Source of the DNA: a virus
Taxonomy: Duplodnaviria > Caudoviricetes
DNA length: 64,000 bases
IMG/VR virus record: IMGVR_UViG_3300038849_000072
Coordinates: 500 to 64,499 of that record
Strand: one strand, 5' to 3'
Position numbers and translations under genes: made by a program. The number at the start of each line of letters is the position of its first letter. The stretch's first letter is position 1. The notes beneath the pieces are model-generated. The model saw only the letters and a list, made by a program, of their open reading frames with translations. It searched no databases and was not told where the DNA came from. Positions 19,018 to 28,873 of the stretch are shown here, in pieces.

Positions 19018-19541
19018 AGCCTACCCCTCCGGACTTCAACTAACCAATTATATACCTCGTTTGTATCGTGGGATCCTGCACCGGTTTTGTTATCGTTATA
19101 TGCACCTGCTTCATCCAACAACCGATTAAGAAAAGAGGTCTGCTCTTGTGCAGACATGGAGTTCATAATCGCAAACGTGTATCCAGTGAATGTTTCTGAT
19201 GGTAACACGTCACGAATATTCTCATTGAAGAAATCAGTTAATGACTTAACGATAGTAATCTCGGATTGAATTGTTTTTATCTGCTCTGAAAACTTCAATA
19301 CCAATTTACGGACATTGTCAGGTGAGAATATTGATTGATTGGGTTTATCAAAAAAACATGAATATTTCTCTATAATGGATTCAGGTAATAATCCAGTCTT
19401 CCCATATGACAACCAGATTAATTCTGCACCCATTAAATAGATTGAATTGTGTTCAATTCCACATTCAGAGATGAATTCAAAGATTTCTTTTTCTTGTCGT
19501 ATATTTCTCTGATCAGGATTAGTATATTTTCGGAGTGACAT
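19014..19541 (-). CDS. Hypothetical protein coupled to MCM (possible initiator or loader)
   Basis: ATGA overlap with mcm; downstream of the palindromic iteron-like element. Confidence 0.5.
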   Translation of the reverse strand: MSLRKYTNPDQRNIRQEKEIFEFISECGIEHNSIYLMGAELIWLSYGKTGLLPESIIEKYSCFFDKPNQSIFSPDNVRKLVLKFSEQIKTIQSEITIVKSLTDFFNENIRDVLPSETFTGYTFAIMNSMSAQEQTSFLNRLLDEAGAYNDNKTGAGSHDTNEVYNWLVEVRRGRL

Positions 19542-19566
19542 CAGAGATCACTTCCTAAAGATACTA

Positions 19567-19599
19567 ACACTAAGAGTACACTAAGAGTACTCTTAGTGT
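19567..19599. repeat. Three 11-bp units (forward, forward, reverse) forming a perfect 22-bp palindrome
   Basis: ACACTAAGAGT ACACTAAGAGT ACTCTTAGTGT. Confidence 0.85.
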
Positions 19600-19637
19600 C
19601 TAAGGTACTAGAGAGATTATTAGAAAAACACAATTCA

Positions 19638-20075
19638 TCAATCATGACAGATCTCCTTATGACATTTTTTACAAAGAGTCATGCCATTTGAGACATCTAA
19701 AATCAATTCTGGATGAGAATGAACCGGTTTTATATGGTGAGCTTCTATTTTGTATTCAGAACCACATTTCACACACTTAAACCCATCGCGGTATTTTACA
19801 GCACCAACCCATTGAATATATTGATATGAGTTTCTACCAATATCCCCATTTGAAGGGATTTCAAATCGTACAGGATATTCCATTTTTGCAAGTGTAAAAA
19901 TAACGGATCCTGCGTGACTTAATTTAATAGAGAGTTCTTTGTCACAGTTAAATCCATAATAGTACATGCCAAATGCAATTTTACGGAGTTTCCCGAGTTC
20001 ATCTTTGGTTAAAAATTGATTTAGCAATTTGAACATAGATAAATCAATATCAAAAAATGAGGGGGAGTTCATCAC
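19638..20075 (-). CDS. HNH endonuclease
   Basis: RDGFKCVKCG...EAHHIKP...NGMTLCKKCH. Confidence 0.85.
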   Translation of the reverse strand: MMNSPSFFDIDLSMFKLLNQFLTKDELGKLRKIAFGMYYYGFNCDKELSIKLSHAGSVIFTLAKMEYPVRFEIPSNGDIGRNSYQYIQWVGAVKYRDGFKCVKCGSEYKIEAHHIKPVHSHPELILDVSNGMTLCKKCHKEICHD

Positions 20076-20908
20076 TCACCTCTCATCAGGATCTCTTCTC
20101 CCTGCTTTACCATCTGCATGAGCTGAGGGAACAGGGATACCGCTTTCTCGTAGTTATCCTGGTGTGCAGAGATAGGATACTGCTCAAAACAGAGTGTCAG
20201 TATATCCTTAGCAATATTGCGAGCATTCTGTTTCTCAATTGATGCTTGTCTCCGTTTCTCTGCTTCAGGATCATACGGCCTCTTGAATCCTCCACCGAAC
20301 GAATTGAGTGATCCCTTAGGGCCTACCTTGACAGGTAGAAAGTTCTTCTGAACATAATCGATCTCTGTCCCCTCCTGGAGAGTTTGAAGAGACTCTATCA
20401 GAGACTTTGAGTTCTCCAGGATGTTCAGGTCGTAGAACTTCACATCTCCGGATGGCTTACCATCTTTGATCCGCTCCAGGCTGAACCCGAAGAAGTCTTT
20501 CGTTGCATCCATCTGCTTCTTTCGGAGAATGCCCTTCATGTTGTATGGCTTATCATCCCCGGCAGGCTTTGGTGCCTGTACCGGGACTGGTGGCTTTGGT
20601 GGCACGATGGGATGATGAGGTTGTGCTGCGGGTTCAGCCGGTTCGGTCCCCGGCATGAATGAGAGTTTGAGCAGTTGCCTTCCCTGACAGGTTGCCATGA
20701 TAGGCATGTCACCGGACTGGATACGAGGATCAACATCAGCCCCGGTCAGTGAGTATTCAATCAACTGGTCTTTGTCCACCCCTGACAAGAATACCAGCCG
20801 GACAGTGTTCTTTACCCGGTCGATGCTGCTCACTTTGGTTTTGTCAGTGATTACAGCATATGGAGCTGATACCGCTTCAGTCATCAGCACACCCCCAAGA
20901 TGCACCAT
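20072..20908 (-). CDS. Hypothetical two-domain protein with a Pro-rich linker
   Basis: 278 aa; linker EPAEPAAQPHHPIVPPKPPVPVQAPKP. Confidence 0.6.
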   Translation of the reverse strand: MVHLGGVLMTEAVSAPYAVITDKTKVSSIDRVKNTVRLVFLSGVDKDQLIEYSLTGADVDPRIQSGDMPIMATCQGRQLLKLSFMPGTEPAEPAAQPHHPIVPPKPPVPVQAPKPAGDDKPYNMKGILRKKQMDATKDFFGFSLERIKDGKPSGDVKFYDLNILENSKSLIESLQTLQEGTEIDYVQKNFLPVKVGPKGSLNSFGGGFKRPYDPEAEKRRQASIEKQNARNIAKDILTLCFEQYPISAHQDNYEKAVSLFPQLMQMVKQGEEILMRGE

Positions 20909-21206
20909 TGCCCGGGATCCAGTTCAGTTAGTGGGGCTGCAATCTGACGCATGGATATCACTTGCTGGATGTCTGCGATATAAACACAGTAGGATCGCTT
21001 ATCCAGGCATACGAGAAGTGTATCCTCATCGTTCCAGGATATGATACCTGAATTCCGGTTCTGCTCATTCAGGAGAGTCTCATTGTATCCGTGCCGGATA
21101 ACTCGGAGGAGTTTTGGCACTTCGATGTGATGCTCTTCTCTCCCGATCTTGAACAGAATGGTATTGCCTGATAGGTATACCCGGCCTGGAGGATTGCGAG
21201 GAGTGA

Positions 21207-21788
21207 TCATAACTCCACCTCACCGGCTTTCTCGGGCATTGCCAACTTGAGTTCGTATCCGGATACTTTCTCTTCTCCAGGGATGAGAACCGCATCGTAC
21301 CCCTTCCTGAACACGTATTTAAGATCCGTGATAGTAGGGACGTAATTCTCTTTGAGTTTCTCCCATTCTTGAGGATACATCTTCCGGATGAGTTCGGTAT
21401 CCGGTTTTCGGTTGCCGTGTTTTATGACAGGTTCAAGTCTGAAACAGCCCTCCTGCAGGATACCTGCAGAGACATGATCATCAATTATGATATCTCTCCG
21501 GACTCCGAGGTCTTTCTTCAGTTCCTGCAGGCGGTTAATCACCTGATCAATGCTTGTGATGGATTCATCGATTTTGAAGACATCAGATAACGAGGTTCCG
21601 AGTTCAGACATTGCAGACGGCAGATCCTCTTCAATGAAATGATTCACACGCTTATCGGTTGCAAAGTTGTTTATGACATCCAGGACAGGATTGTCTGAAA
21701 CAGATTTTGCATATCCAAGAGTATGCAGTTCGGCTGCATTCCGAAACTCTGAAATGAGTGATTGAGTAACCATTTCACTCACCATCAT
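21207..21788 (-). CDS. Hypothetical protein in the recombination/replication arm
   Basis: 193 aa ORF in a coupled operon. Confidence 0.55.
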   Translation of the reverse strand: MMVSEMVTQSLISEFRNAAELHTLGYAKSVSDNPVLDVINNFATDKRVNHFIEEDLPSAMSELGTSLSDVFKIDESITSIDQVINRLQELKKDLGVRRDIIIDDHVSAGILQEGCFRLEPVIKHGNRKPDTELIRKMYPQEWEKLKENYVPTITDLKYVFRKGYDAVLIPGEEKVSGYELKLAMPEKAGEVEL

Positions 21789-22922
21789 CCGGGCACTCGT
21801 CGATATACGGTTCTGGGAACTCGTCTTCTAGGACTGCTATCTCATCTCGCTTCTCTTTGAGTTCTTTCAGATGATACTCAAGCACCTTGATTGATTCATC
21901 AAGTTCATCCAGAGTATCAACCGGGTCAAACTCCAGGCAATCGAGGACATCAGATGCAGACTCCAGGAGTTGTTTTTTCTCCTCCTGTGCATCATACCAC
22001 TCAATAAAAGCGGGTGATTCTTCAGGCGGCTGGAGCCACTGGTTGTGAGCCCTGGAGAATGCAGCTGAACTCATGCCAGTGCCTCCATGACTGTTGCCAT
22101 TGCTTCAGACGGTTCAGCGTTCTCCATGCCCTTGAATATCTCATGATACCGTGCCATGACTGACTCTACATCATCACGTGGGATTGTGTCAGTCACTCCA
22201 GCCAACAGGGATCTGATGTCCTGCAGGGCTGATGAGTACCCGTGGATGAATCCCTTCTGATGGCCTTGGTCAAATGCCTCAACAACTTCTTGACTCATTC
22301 AAACCACCGGCCTGTAATGAGTATTCAGTCCTGGCTCACACCGCTTGTCAATGCAGACACTGACATTGTATTCGATGTGGCCGTCCGGATGGTGCAGGTT
22401 CCCTGATTTGAGTTTCCGGCAGTTGTGGCAACCGACTGGAGACATTAGTTATCCCTCCTGAACTCAACAACTTCAAAAACACCTGATTCAATGAGATGAT
22501 TGATCTTACTCTCACCGAACATCTCACAGGCCTGGTGATAGGATTCTCTTAAAATCTGTTCTGTCATTAGTGCCACCCCCGGATCTTGAGCTCGTTATCC
22601 GGTGTGCATCGGTCCATCCGGGCAATGATTCCCCGCTCTGTTTCCGAAATGGTTAAGCGGTTTGAAATCGAATAGTAGTTATTATCCCGGCTTCCTGTGT
22701 CTTCTTGGCAGTTGTTCACGTCTGGCCGGGTAAGTTCTGATACTTTTTTCATGCTGTTATCTCCCGAGCGTATTTCTTCTCAAGTTCCAGGCCTATCTTT
22801 TCAATACCGGCCCGTGCGGCATCTGATTCTGTGCTATACTCTCCACATTCAACGGCCTTTGCGAGAATCGCAAGGTGTCTTTTTGGTAGTCTGAATTGTT
22901 TCAGTCGCATCGACTCCATACA

Positions 22923-23017
22923 TTACATGTGTAATTACAATATATAAAAGTTATGAAATGATCAATTACCTATGTAACACGCAGCCTTATTTATACTCAA
23001 TCAGATTACTCATGTAA
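22923..23017. promoter_or_regulatory. Three TTAC-N4-GTAA operators in a divergent promoter
   Basis: Sites at 22923, 22966 and 23006, flanking TATA-like TATATAAA and TTTATA boxes. Confidence 0.7.
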
Positions 23018-23019
23018 GT

Positions 23020-23277
23020 ATGGGAATTGAGGGTGCCCCGAAGGGTGTAATAAAAGAGCCGGTACAGATCAGGTTGCCGGTCGAAACGATTGAGAAGATA
23101 GATGATTTAATCAGATCAGGTAAGTATTCTTCGCGCTCTGATTTCATTCACCAACTTGTAATTAAAGAACTGTCTCACAGTAATGCAGCACTGATTGAGA
23201 AAATGGATGACCCAGAAGTAAAAGCAAAAATCCAGGAGATTTGTAAAGAAATATTCTCATCGGTTTTCTCAAAATAA
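23020..23277 (+). CDS. Ribbon-helix-helix (CopG/Arc) regulator
   Basis: VQIRLPVETIEKIDDLIRSGKYSSRSDFIHQLV. Confidence 0.85.
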   Translation: MGIEGAPKGVIKEPVQIRLPVETIEKIDDLIRSGKYSSRSDFIHQLVIKELSHSNAALIEKMDDPEVKAKIQEICKEIFSSVFSK

Positions 23278-23484
23278 CTTCTACTTATTTTTTACTTTCA
23301 CCCTGTGCACGTCTACATTTATTACCCCTGTATGCAATCTATTAGTATGAGCGAAAATGAACCCTCCATTAGCGCTGAAACGTTAGTTCACTTCTTTGAG
23401 TCTCCCGAAGGGATCACGTGTATTAAGCACGCGCTCATAGAAACCATGTGCACCAGTATTAAAGCAGTCTCACTTTGTAAAGTT

Positions 23485-23512
23485 TGAGATATATATCTCA
23501 TTTCTTTTTTTC
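23485..23512 (+). terminator. Palindrome followed by a T-tract
   Basis: Perfect 16-bp TGAGATATATATCTCA followed by TTTCTTTTTTTC. Confidence 0.45.
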
Positions 23513-23525
23513 AACTACTTTTCAA

Positions 23526-23566
23526 TTACATATGTAAACGTTAAAATACCCCTATGACATATGTAA
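23526..23566. promoter_or_regulatory. Two further TTAC-N4-GTAA-type operators
   Basis: TTACATATGTAA (23526) and TGACATATGTAA (23555), upstream of the second RHH gene. Confidence 0.7.
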
Positions 23567-23570
23567 TAAT

Positions 23571-23774
23571 GTGAAAACGAACATCACAATCTGTCTGGAT
23601 CACGATGTCCGGATCAGGTTCAAAGAACATTGTGATAGCACCGAACAGAAAATGAGCGGTGTTATTGAGAGTTTGATTGTTGAACATTTAGAGAAAAATG
23701 GATCCCTGTCCCAGGCGCCAACCAACGAGACAGGGATGATCAACCGATTCGAGAAAGAACAGGTGATCAATTGA
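23571..23774 (+). CDS. Ribbon-helix-helix regulator
   Basis: TNITICLDHDVRIRFKEHC...KMSGVIESLIVEHL. Confidence 0.75.
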   Translation: MKTNITICLDHDVRIRFKEHCDSTEQKMSGVIESLIVEHLEKNGSLSQAPTNETGMINRFEKEQVIN

Positions 23775-23826
23775 GTTTTGGTTTTTATTTAAGTTATTTC
23801 TTTGGCTTTTTTGGGGGGATTTTCTC

Positions 23827-24969
23827 ATGACCCGGTGTGTGGATTTCTATAAAAAGGTAGAACGCGACGGTCCGGATTGGTGTGAGAAGTGCCCGGATGC
23901 AGTAAGACGGATTGAGAAATATCTAGAATTATGCAGAGAACTTGAAGAATCGGGTATTGAGAAAGAACAGACAATTGTCTGTTTGCCGGAAGGCGTAGCA
24001 CGCCCTCTATTTGCCATTCGTGACCCGGAAGTAAAGCGAAAAGCGCTAGAAAAAACCAGAGAGCGTTTAAATTCAAAACAAGGGGCGGGGAGAGGAAATA
24101 CTAAAAAACTGAAGGAAAGTGATATTAAAAAAATTGTAAATGATGCGAAAAAGGAATGTGAACCGGTCACATTAAACGGATCTGATACCAGAGAAAAACC
24201 ACCTAAAACAGTTAAGAAGGGATTCAACCGTTCAAACGATAACATAGAGTGGGCTCGTTGGTCATGGAATCCAGTGACGGGATGTTTGCATGGATGTGAT
24301 TATTGTTATGCCCGAGATATAGCGAATTACATCTATAGTTCGTCCACTAAATTCGAGCCGGCATTCCATGAGGATAGGTTGTCGGCACCTGAAATAACTC
24401 CATATCCAGATAACGCAGACAAGGAAGTTGGAGAAAAAAACGTTTTTGTATGTTCAATGGCTGATTTATTCGGAGAATGGGTGCCGAACGAATGGATAAA
24501 TGCAGTTCTTGAAAAAGTTGAACAGAATCCGAAATGGAATTTCTTATTCTTAACTAAAAACCCGAAGAAATTATTGGATTTTACATTTCCTAAAAATGCA
24601 TGGGTTGGAACTTCAGTAGATACGCAAGCACGGGTTAAAACCGCTGAAGAAGTATTCTCGCAGTTAGAAGCATCTGTTAAATTCCTATCGTGTGAGCCAT
24701 TGCTCGAGCCGGTCAGATTTAACAAGATGAGTATGTTTAATTGGATAATCATTGGGGCACGAAGTAAGAATACAAGAGGCCCTGCATTCAAACCAGAATG
24801 GAAATGGGTTGAATCATTGCTTATTCAGGCTCGTGCAGATGGGTTGAAAGTGTATTTTAAACCGAACCTATTCAGGCACGCCCCTGAAGAATACGGACCT
24901 GAATACACTAAACAGAATGAATTCTTACCTGAATTGATGCGGCCGAGAGAATACCCCGGAGGTGTTTGA
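23827..24969 (+). CDS. DUF5131 (phage Gp37/Gp68) radical-SAM-like protein with an extra N-terminal domain
   Basis: WNPVTGCLHGCDYCYAR (CxxxCxxC), VFVCSMADLF, LTKNP, FLSCEPLL, WIIIGA. Confidence 0.9.
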   Translation: MTRCVDFYKKVERDGPDWCEKCPDAVRRIEKYLELCRELEESGIEKEQTIVCLPEGVARPLFAIRDPEVKRKALEKTRERLNSKQGAGRGNTKKLKESDIKKIVNDAKKECEPVTLNGSDTREKPPKTVKKGFNRSNDNIEWARWSWNPVTGCLHGCDYCYARDIANYIYSSSTKFEPAFHEDRLSAPEITPYPDNADKEVGEKNVFVCSMADLFGEWVPNEWINAVLEKVEQNPKWNFLFLTKNPKKLLDFTFPKNAWVGTSVDTQARVKTAEEVFSQLEASVKFLSCEPLLEPVRFNKMSMFNWIIIGARSKNTRGPAFKPEWKWVESLLIQARADGLKVYFKPNLFRHAPEEYGPEYTKQNEFLPELMRPREYPGGV

Positions 24970-26218
24970 AATGAGTGATGTAAGCAGTATGGGGCAATCA
25001 AGCCACACACAACACAAACAAAAACACCTTCGGGAAATGATTGAAACCATAGGTTCGACTATCAACAACATATCGCGTAAATATGATTGGCCGGACGGGA
25101 TATTCCATTGGGTTGATGCGTTCTGCGGGTCTGGAATAAATGAAGATGTAAATGTGGACGGTTCTCCTCTAGTTTTCCAATCCGTGATGAATGAACACAA
25201 CTGGAAATATTCTGCTCATTGCATTGACAATAACGACACGTGTATTAAATTACTTAATGAACGTATTGGACAGGATCCCCATTTTAATTTGATTCACGGT
25301 GATGCATATCGTGCTGTCAAATCAATAGTATCAAAATTAAAAAGCAATGCATTTGGGGCCGTGTATTTCGATCCGAACGGGAATTTAAACTGGGATGAGA
25401 TTTCAGCAGTATCACATGAATTCACTCGTGCAAAAAGAATCGATTATTTATTACACGTTCCTGCAACAACAATTAAACGAGATTACTATTCTGGAAGACG
25501 CGATTGTAAATTAATTCAGTCGCTGAAAAAAATTAAAAAAGATAATTGGTATATCTGCTTCCCAGAGCAGGGCGATTCAAAAGATCAGTGGTGTTTTTTA
25601 CTAGGAAGCAATTTTAAAAACTGGAACGGGTTACAAGCAAAGGGGTTCTTCAACATTCAAACCGATGGGGCCTCAATCATGAACAGGTTAAACTCATCGA
25701 AAAATGATTACACTCTGTGTACATCTCAGATTCCTATTGATTACTGGACTGAAGAACATAAACCGAAAATTAAGGCAATCCCTCAAGAATATGATGGATA
25801 CACATTCAGAAGTTCGTTGGAATGGCGATGGGCCGTATTTTTTAAAAAAATCGGGTTGGAATATGAATACGAGAGGGAGGGGTTTGAAACCCCATTCGGA
25901 AGATATTTACCCGATTTCTTTATTCCCTCTACCCGGTATTTTATTGAGATCAAATCCTCGGTTGATGCGTGTTCTTCAAGGGATTTAAACCGAATTAAGT
26001 GGTTAAACGAAAACCCCCCAGAATATTCAAACGGAGTTGTCACAGTTTACGGAATGCCTAAAATTGTGAAAAACCCGAATTCCATGCAAGTAAATGGATT
26101 TGATGGGGAATTCATTTATCAAGTTCTGGGAATTGAAAATAACTATTCAAACGTTATCAATCATGCAATTAAGGCGGCAAAGAGTGCAAAACGGGATTCT
26201 GTAATTGATGCATCATGA
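24962..26218 (+). CDS. tcmP: TcmP (three-Cys-motif partner) domain fused to a C-terminal PD-(D/E)XK nuclease
   Basis: HTQHK, VDAFCGSG, DGSP and YFDPNG motifs; then FRSSLEWRWAVFF...YEYE.EGF...YLPDF...FIEIK. Confidence 0.75.
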   Translation: MFEMSDVSSMGQSSHTQHKQKHLREMIETIGSTINNISRKYDWPDGIFHWVDAFCGSGINEDVNVDGSPLVFQSVMNEHNWKYSAHCIDNNDTCIKLLNERIGQDPHFNLIHGDAYRAVKSIVSKLKSNAFGAVYFDPNGNLNWDEISAVSHEFTRAKRIDYLLHVPATTIKRDYYSGRRDCKLIQSLKKIKKDNWYICFPEQGDSKDQWCFLLGSNFKNWNGLQAKGFFNIQTDGASIMNRLNSSKNDYTLCTSQIPIDYWTEEHKPKIKAIPQEYDGYTFRSSLEWRWAVFFKKIGLEYEYEREGFETPFGRYLPDFFIPSTRYFIEIKSSVDACSSRDLNRIKWLNENPPEYSNGVVTVYGMPKIVKNPNSMQVNGFDGEFIYQVLGIENNYSNVINHAIKAAKSAKRDSVIDAS

Positions 26219-26545
26219 AAGAACAATTATTTTTTCCGAAATTTGAACCATGCAGAGATAATTTCAATTCATTACTTGAGAATAGAAAAAAAGAGAACAC
26301 CAAGCGATCTAAAAGTGATTTAAGACACGGTTGGGCATCGCCTGAAACATCACCCATTTATCAGCACTTAAAAACCGCCGAATCCGCAATTGTTTGTGGA
26401 TTACAAAGCGGTGAAACGGAAGTTCTTTTTGAAGGATTGGATTTACTTCAAACCGCAATAAAGCGTGTGATCGAACAAGAATTCCCAGGACATTATTCTG
26501 AAAACCAGAACCACACTTGAAACACCCACAAACGGAGAATAAACC

Positions 26546-27001
26546 ATGTTACCACGTCCATACACAAAAATTGAAGAATACCAATACGAACGGTTTATCG
26601 AACGCCTGAACGAGATTGAAAATGGTGCAATGTTTGAAGCGTTCAGAATGTTGGCTCATGCATACATGAAAAAATTGAAAGAAATGCCACAAACAGAAGA
26701 ACGCCGGCCTTTGGAGAATATGTTTGCAGACATCATGGATGCACGAAACATCTGGTTACATGACCGGATCCAGAATCTTGTATCAAGTTATTACCAATGG
26801 GATGAAGTAGAAACAGAGGCGATGTTTCAGCGGTTGCAGCTTGAACACAACACATACAAACGGCTGGTTGAACTAATCAACGAGAAAGAATCAGCCAGGA
26901 GAGAAGTAGGAGTTAAGAATCCGCTGAATATCTCAATTACCGATGCTGAAATCCTCCGGATGATCGAGTTGGTAAGCCAGGATGATGAGAATGAATCGTA
27001 A
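26546..27001 (+). CDS. Hypothetical helical protein
   Basis: 151 aa ORF with plausible composition. Confidence 0.55.
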   Translation: MLPRPYTKIEEYQYERFIERLNEIENGAMFEAFRMLAHAYMKKLKEMPQTEERRPLENMFADIMDARNIWLHDRIQNLVSSYYQWDEVETEAMFQRLQLEHNTYKRLVELINEKESARREVGVKNPLNISITDAEILRMIELVSQDDENES

Positions 27002-27744
27002 ATGTAGAACCGGCAGGTTTGGACACTCTGCACGCGAATTCAAACGAATAATGAGAGACGTAACTGAATCTGACAATCAAACGAATCCAAAAGGCGGATA
27101 TAGAAAACGGCAGGTGAGAACGCATGAACCCAATAACCAAACTCCTCTATTATTTTAAACGGAATGACAAGCCATCAGTCGAAATCTGTATCGGGAACGG
27201 ATCACCGGAAGCATTGATCCAAATAGCCGATACCTGTGAATGCATTGCCCTGGCTCTTCGTGAAACGGTGAAGAAAGCGTGAGTTACCCGAATTGCCCTA
27301 AATGCAAGTATCACAGAGTAGTAAAATGTTTTCAGAAGATGGAGAACGGTGATTGGAATGAATACGATGGTTCAAAATGCTTTCATCCGAACGCAAGAAT
27401 CGATAACAAACCGGATAAGTCAGGTGGCGTACCGGTTGGTAAAATATGTTGGTCCTGCCGAGGTAATTGGCTATGATTCGTAAACCTGTATTAAAACCGG
27501 TGAAATGCCGGTTAAGCTCACTTGGCAGGGAAGACACTGAAACACTGATGAAAATCTGGAACAGAGTAGGCCGGAACCGGTTTAAATTCGTGGAAGTGAC
27601 CGATATCACTCCGAATAATGGATTCGCAAGAAAGATGAGCGCAAAGAGCATCTTTGAACGTGATGGAATGGAGTTTCGACTAACCGTCTGGAGAATCAAT
27701 CCGGATGTATGCAACAGGTTTGAACTGACAGGAGAGATGAGAAC

Positions 27745-28062
27745 ATGACTGAACAGAAATACAAGTGCCATACGTGCCATATCGTGATAAATGAGAGTGA
27801 TTTGATTGGTGGGAACTGTCCGAAGTGTGAGAGCAATTTAGGATTGAAACCGATGTGCCCGAACGATCACATAGATTGTAATCATGAAATAGTGGATAAA
27901 CTGGCATATTGCCCGATTTGCGGCGAACCTATGTGCCCGGAGTGCGGATGCCATGATGTTTCACAGATCAGTCGCGTGACTGGATATCTCGCATCCGTCG
28001 AAGGTTACAATAACGCGAAGAAGCAAGAATTAAAAGATAGGGTTCGATATAACCCCATATAA
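27745..28062 (+). CDS. Stand-alone NrdD C-terminal domain (Zn ribbon plus glycyl-radical loop)
   Basis: CPECGCHDV..ISRVTGYL...YNNAKKQELKDR, matching the class III RNR C-terminus, plus extra Cys clusters. Confidence 0.75.
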   Translation: MTEQKYKCHTCHIVINESDLIGGNCPKCESNLGLKPMCPNDHIDCNHEIVDKLAYCPICGEPMCPECGCHDVSQISRVTGYLASVEGYNNAKKQELKDRVRYNPI

Positions 28063-28098
28063 GTAAGTTATTTATGGGTAGAATGCAGATTAATATAT

Positions 28099-28821
28099 AT
28101 GGGGAAACTAACCCCCGAACAAATTTCGCAGATAACAACTCTGTATAAACAGGGGTTGTCTGCAGGTGTTATTGCAACGCATTTTGATGTTACAAAAGAA
28201 GCGATTTTGTATCAATTGCGAAAACACAACGTTGAACGAAGACAACAATCGCCAGTTGATTTAAACATGAACGATGTGGTTGAAATGTATAATTCAGGTG
28301 TTTCTACGATTGAGATCGCTGAAAAATACAATACAAGCCATACCACAATCAACCGGCACCTCAAGGAATATGGAGTGGAGTTACGGACTAAAGAAGATGC
28401 ATTACAAAAGTATGCCCGATATAACACGTGTGTTATTTGTGGCAATGAATTTCGAGCGAGGAAAAATTGGCGCACCAAAACCAACCCCAATCGAAAAACC
28501 TGTTCGAAAAAATGTTTCACTGAATTGATGAAACGCATAAATTCAAACGAAAACGCGCCAAACTGGCGGGGCGGCTACTCTCAAGCACATTATCAAAGGG
28601 TTGCAAGAGAAATAAAGCCCCGCCAGTGCGAGATGTGCGGAAAGACCGATGTGAGATTAGATGTACATCACATTGATCACAACCGCACAAATAACTCAGC
28701 CGTCAATCTTATGATTCTTTGTGTTTCGTGTCATGCAAAGTTGCACTATTTCAGTGGAGACACGGGGCTACAGGGGGCCCCGGTTAAATCCCCCTCCTCT
28801 ATTCAAATGGTGTTAACATGA
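28099..28821 (+). CDS. HNH endonuclease with tandem HTH domains
   Basis: Two HTH segments, a C..C...CS..C finger, then CEMCG...VHHIDHNRTNN...LCVSCH. Confidence 0.85.
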   Translation: MGKLTPEQISQITTLYKQGLSAGVIATHFDVTKEAILYQLRKHNVERRQQSPVDLNMNDVVEMYNSGVSTIEIAEKYNTSHTTINRHLKEYGVELRTKEDALQKYARYNTCVICGNEFRARKNWRTKTNPNRKTCSKKCFTELMKRINSNENAPNWRGGYSQAHYQRVAREIKPRQCEMCGKTDVRLDVHHIDHNRTNNSAVNLMILCVSCHAKLHYFSGDTGLQGAPVKSPSSIQMVLT

Positions 28822-28873
28822 TTGAATTAAAAGACCGTCACAGAATAAACATCTCTGATGAGAGTGGGAAGAT

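Noticed and set aside
23827-24969. DUF5131 radical SAM protein as the activase for the mini-NrdD
   Set aside because: It has DUF5131-specific motifs and the usual TcmP partner. Nothing beyond 3-kb proximity links it to NrdG-type activases.
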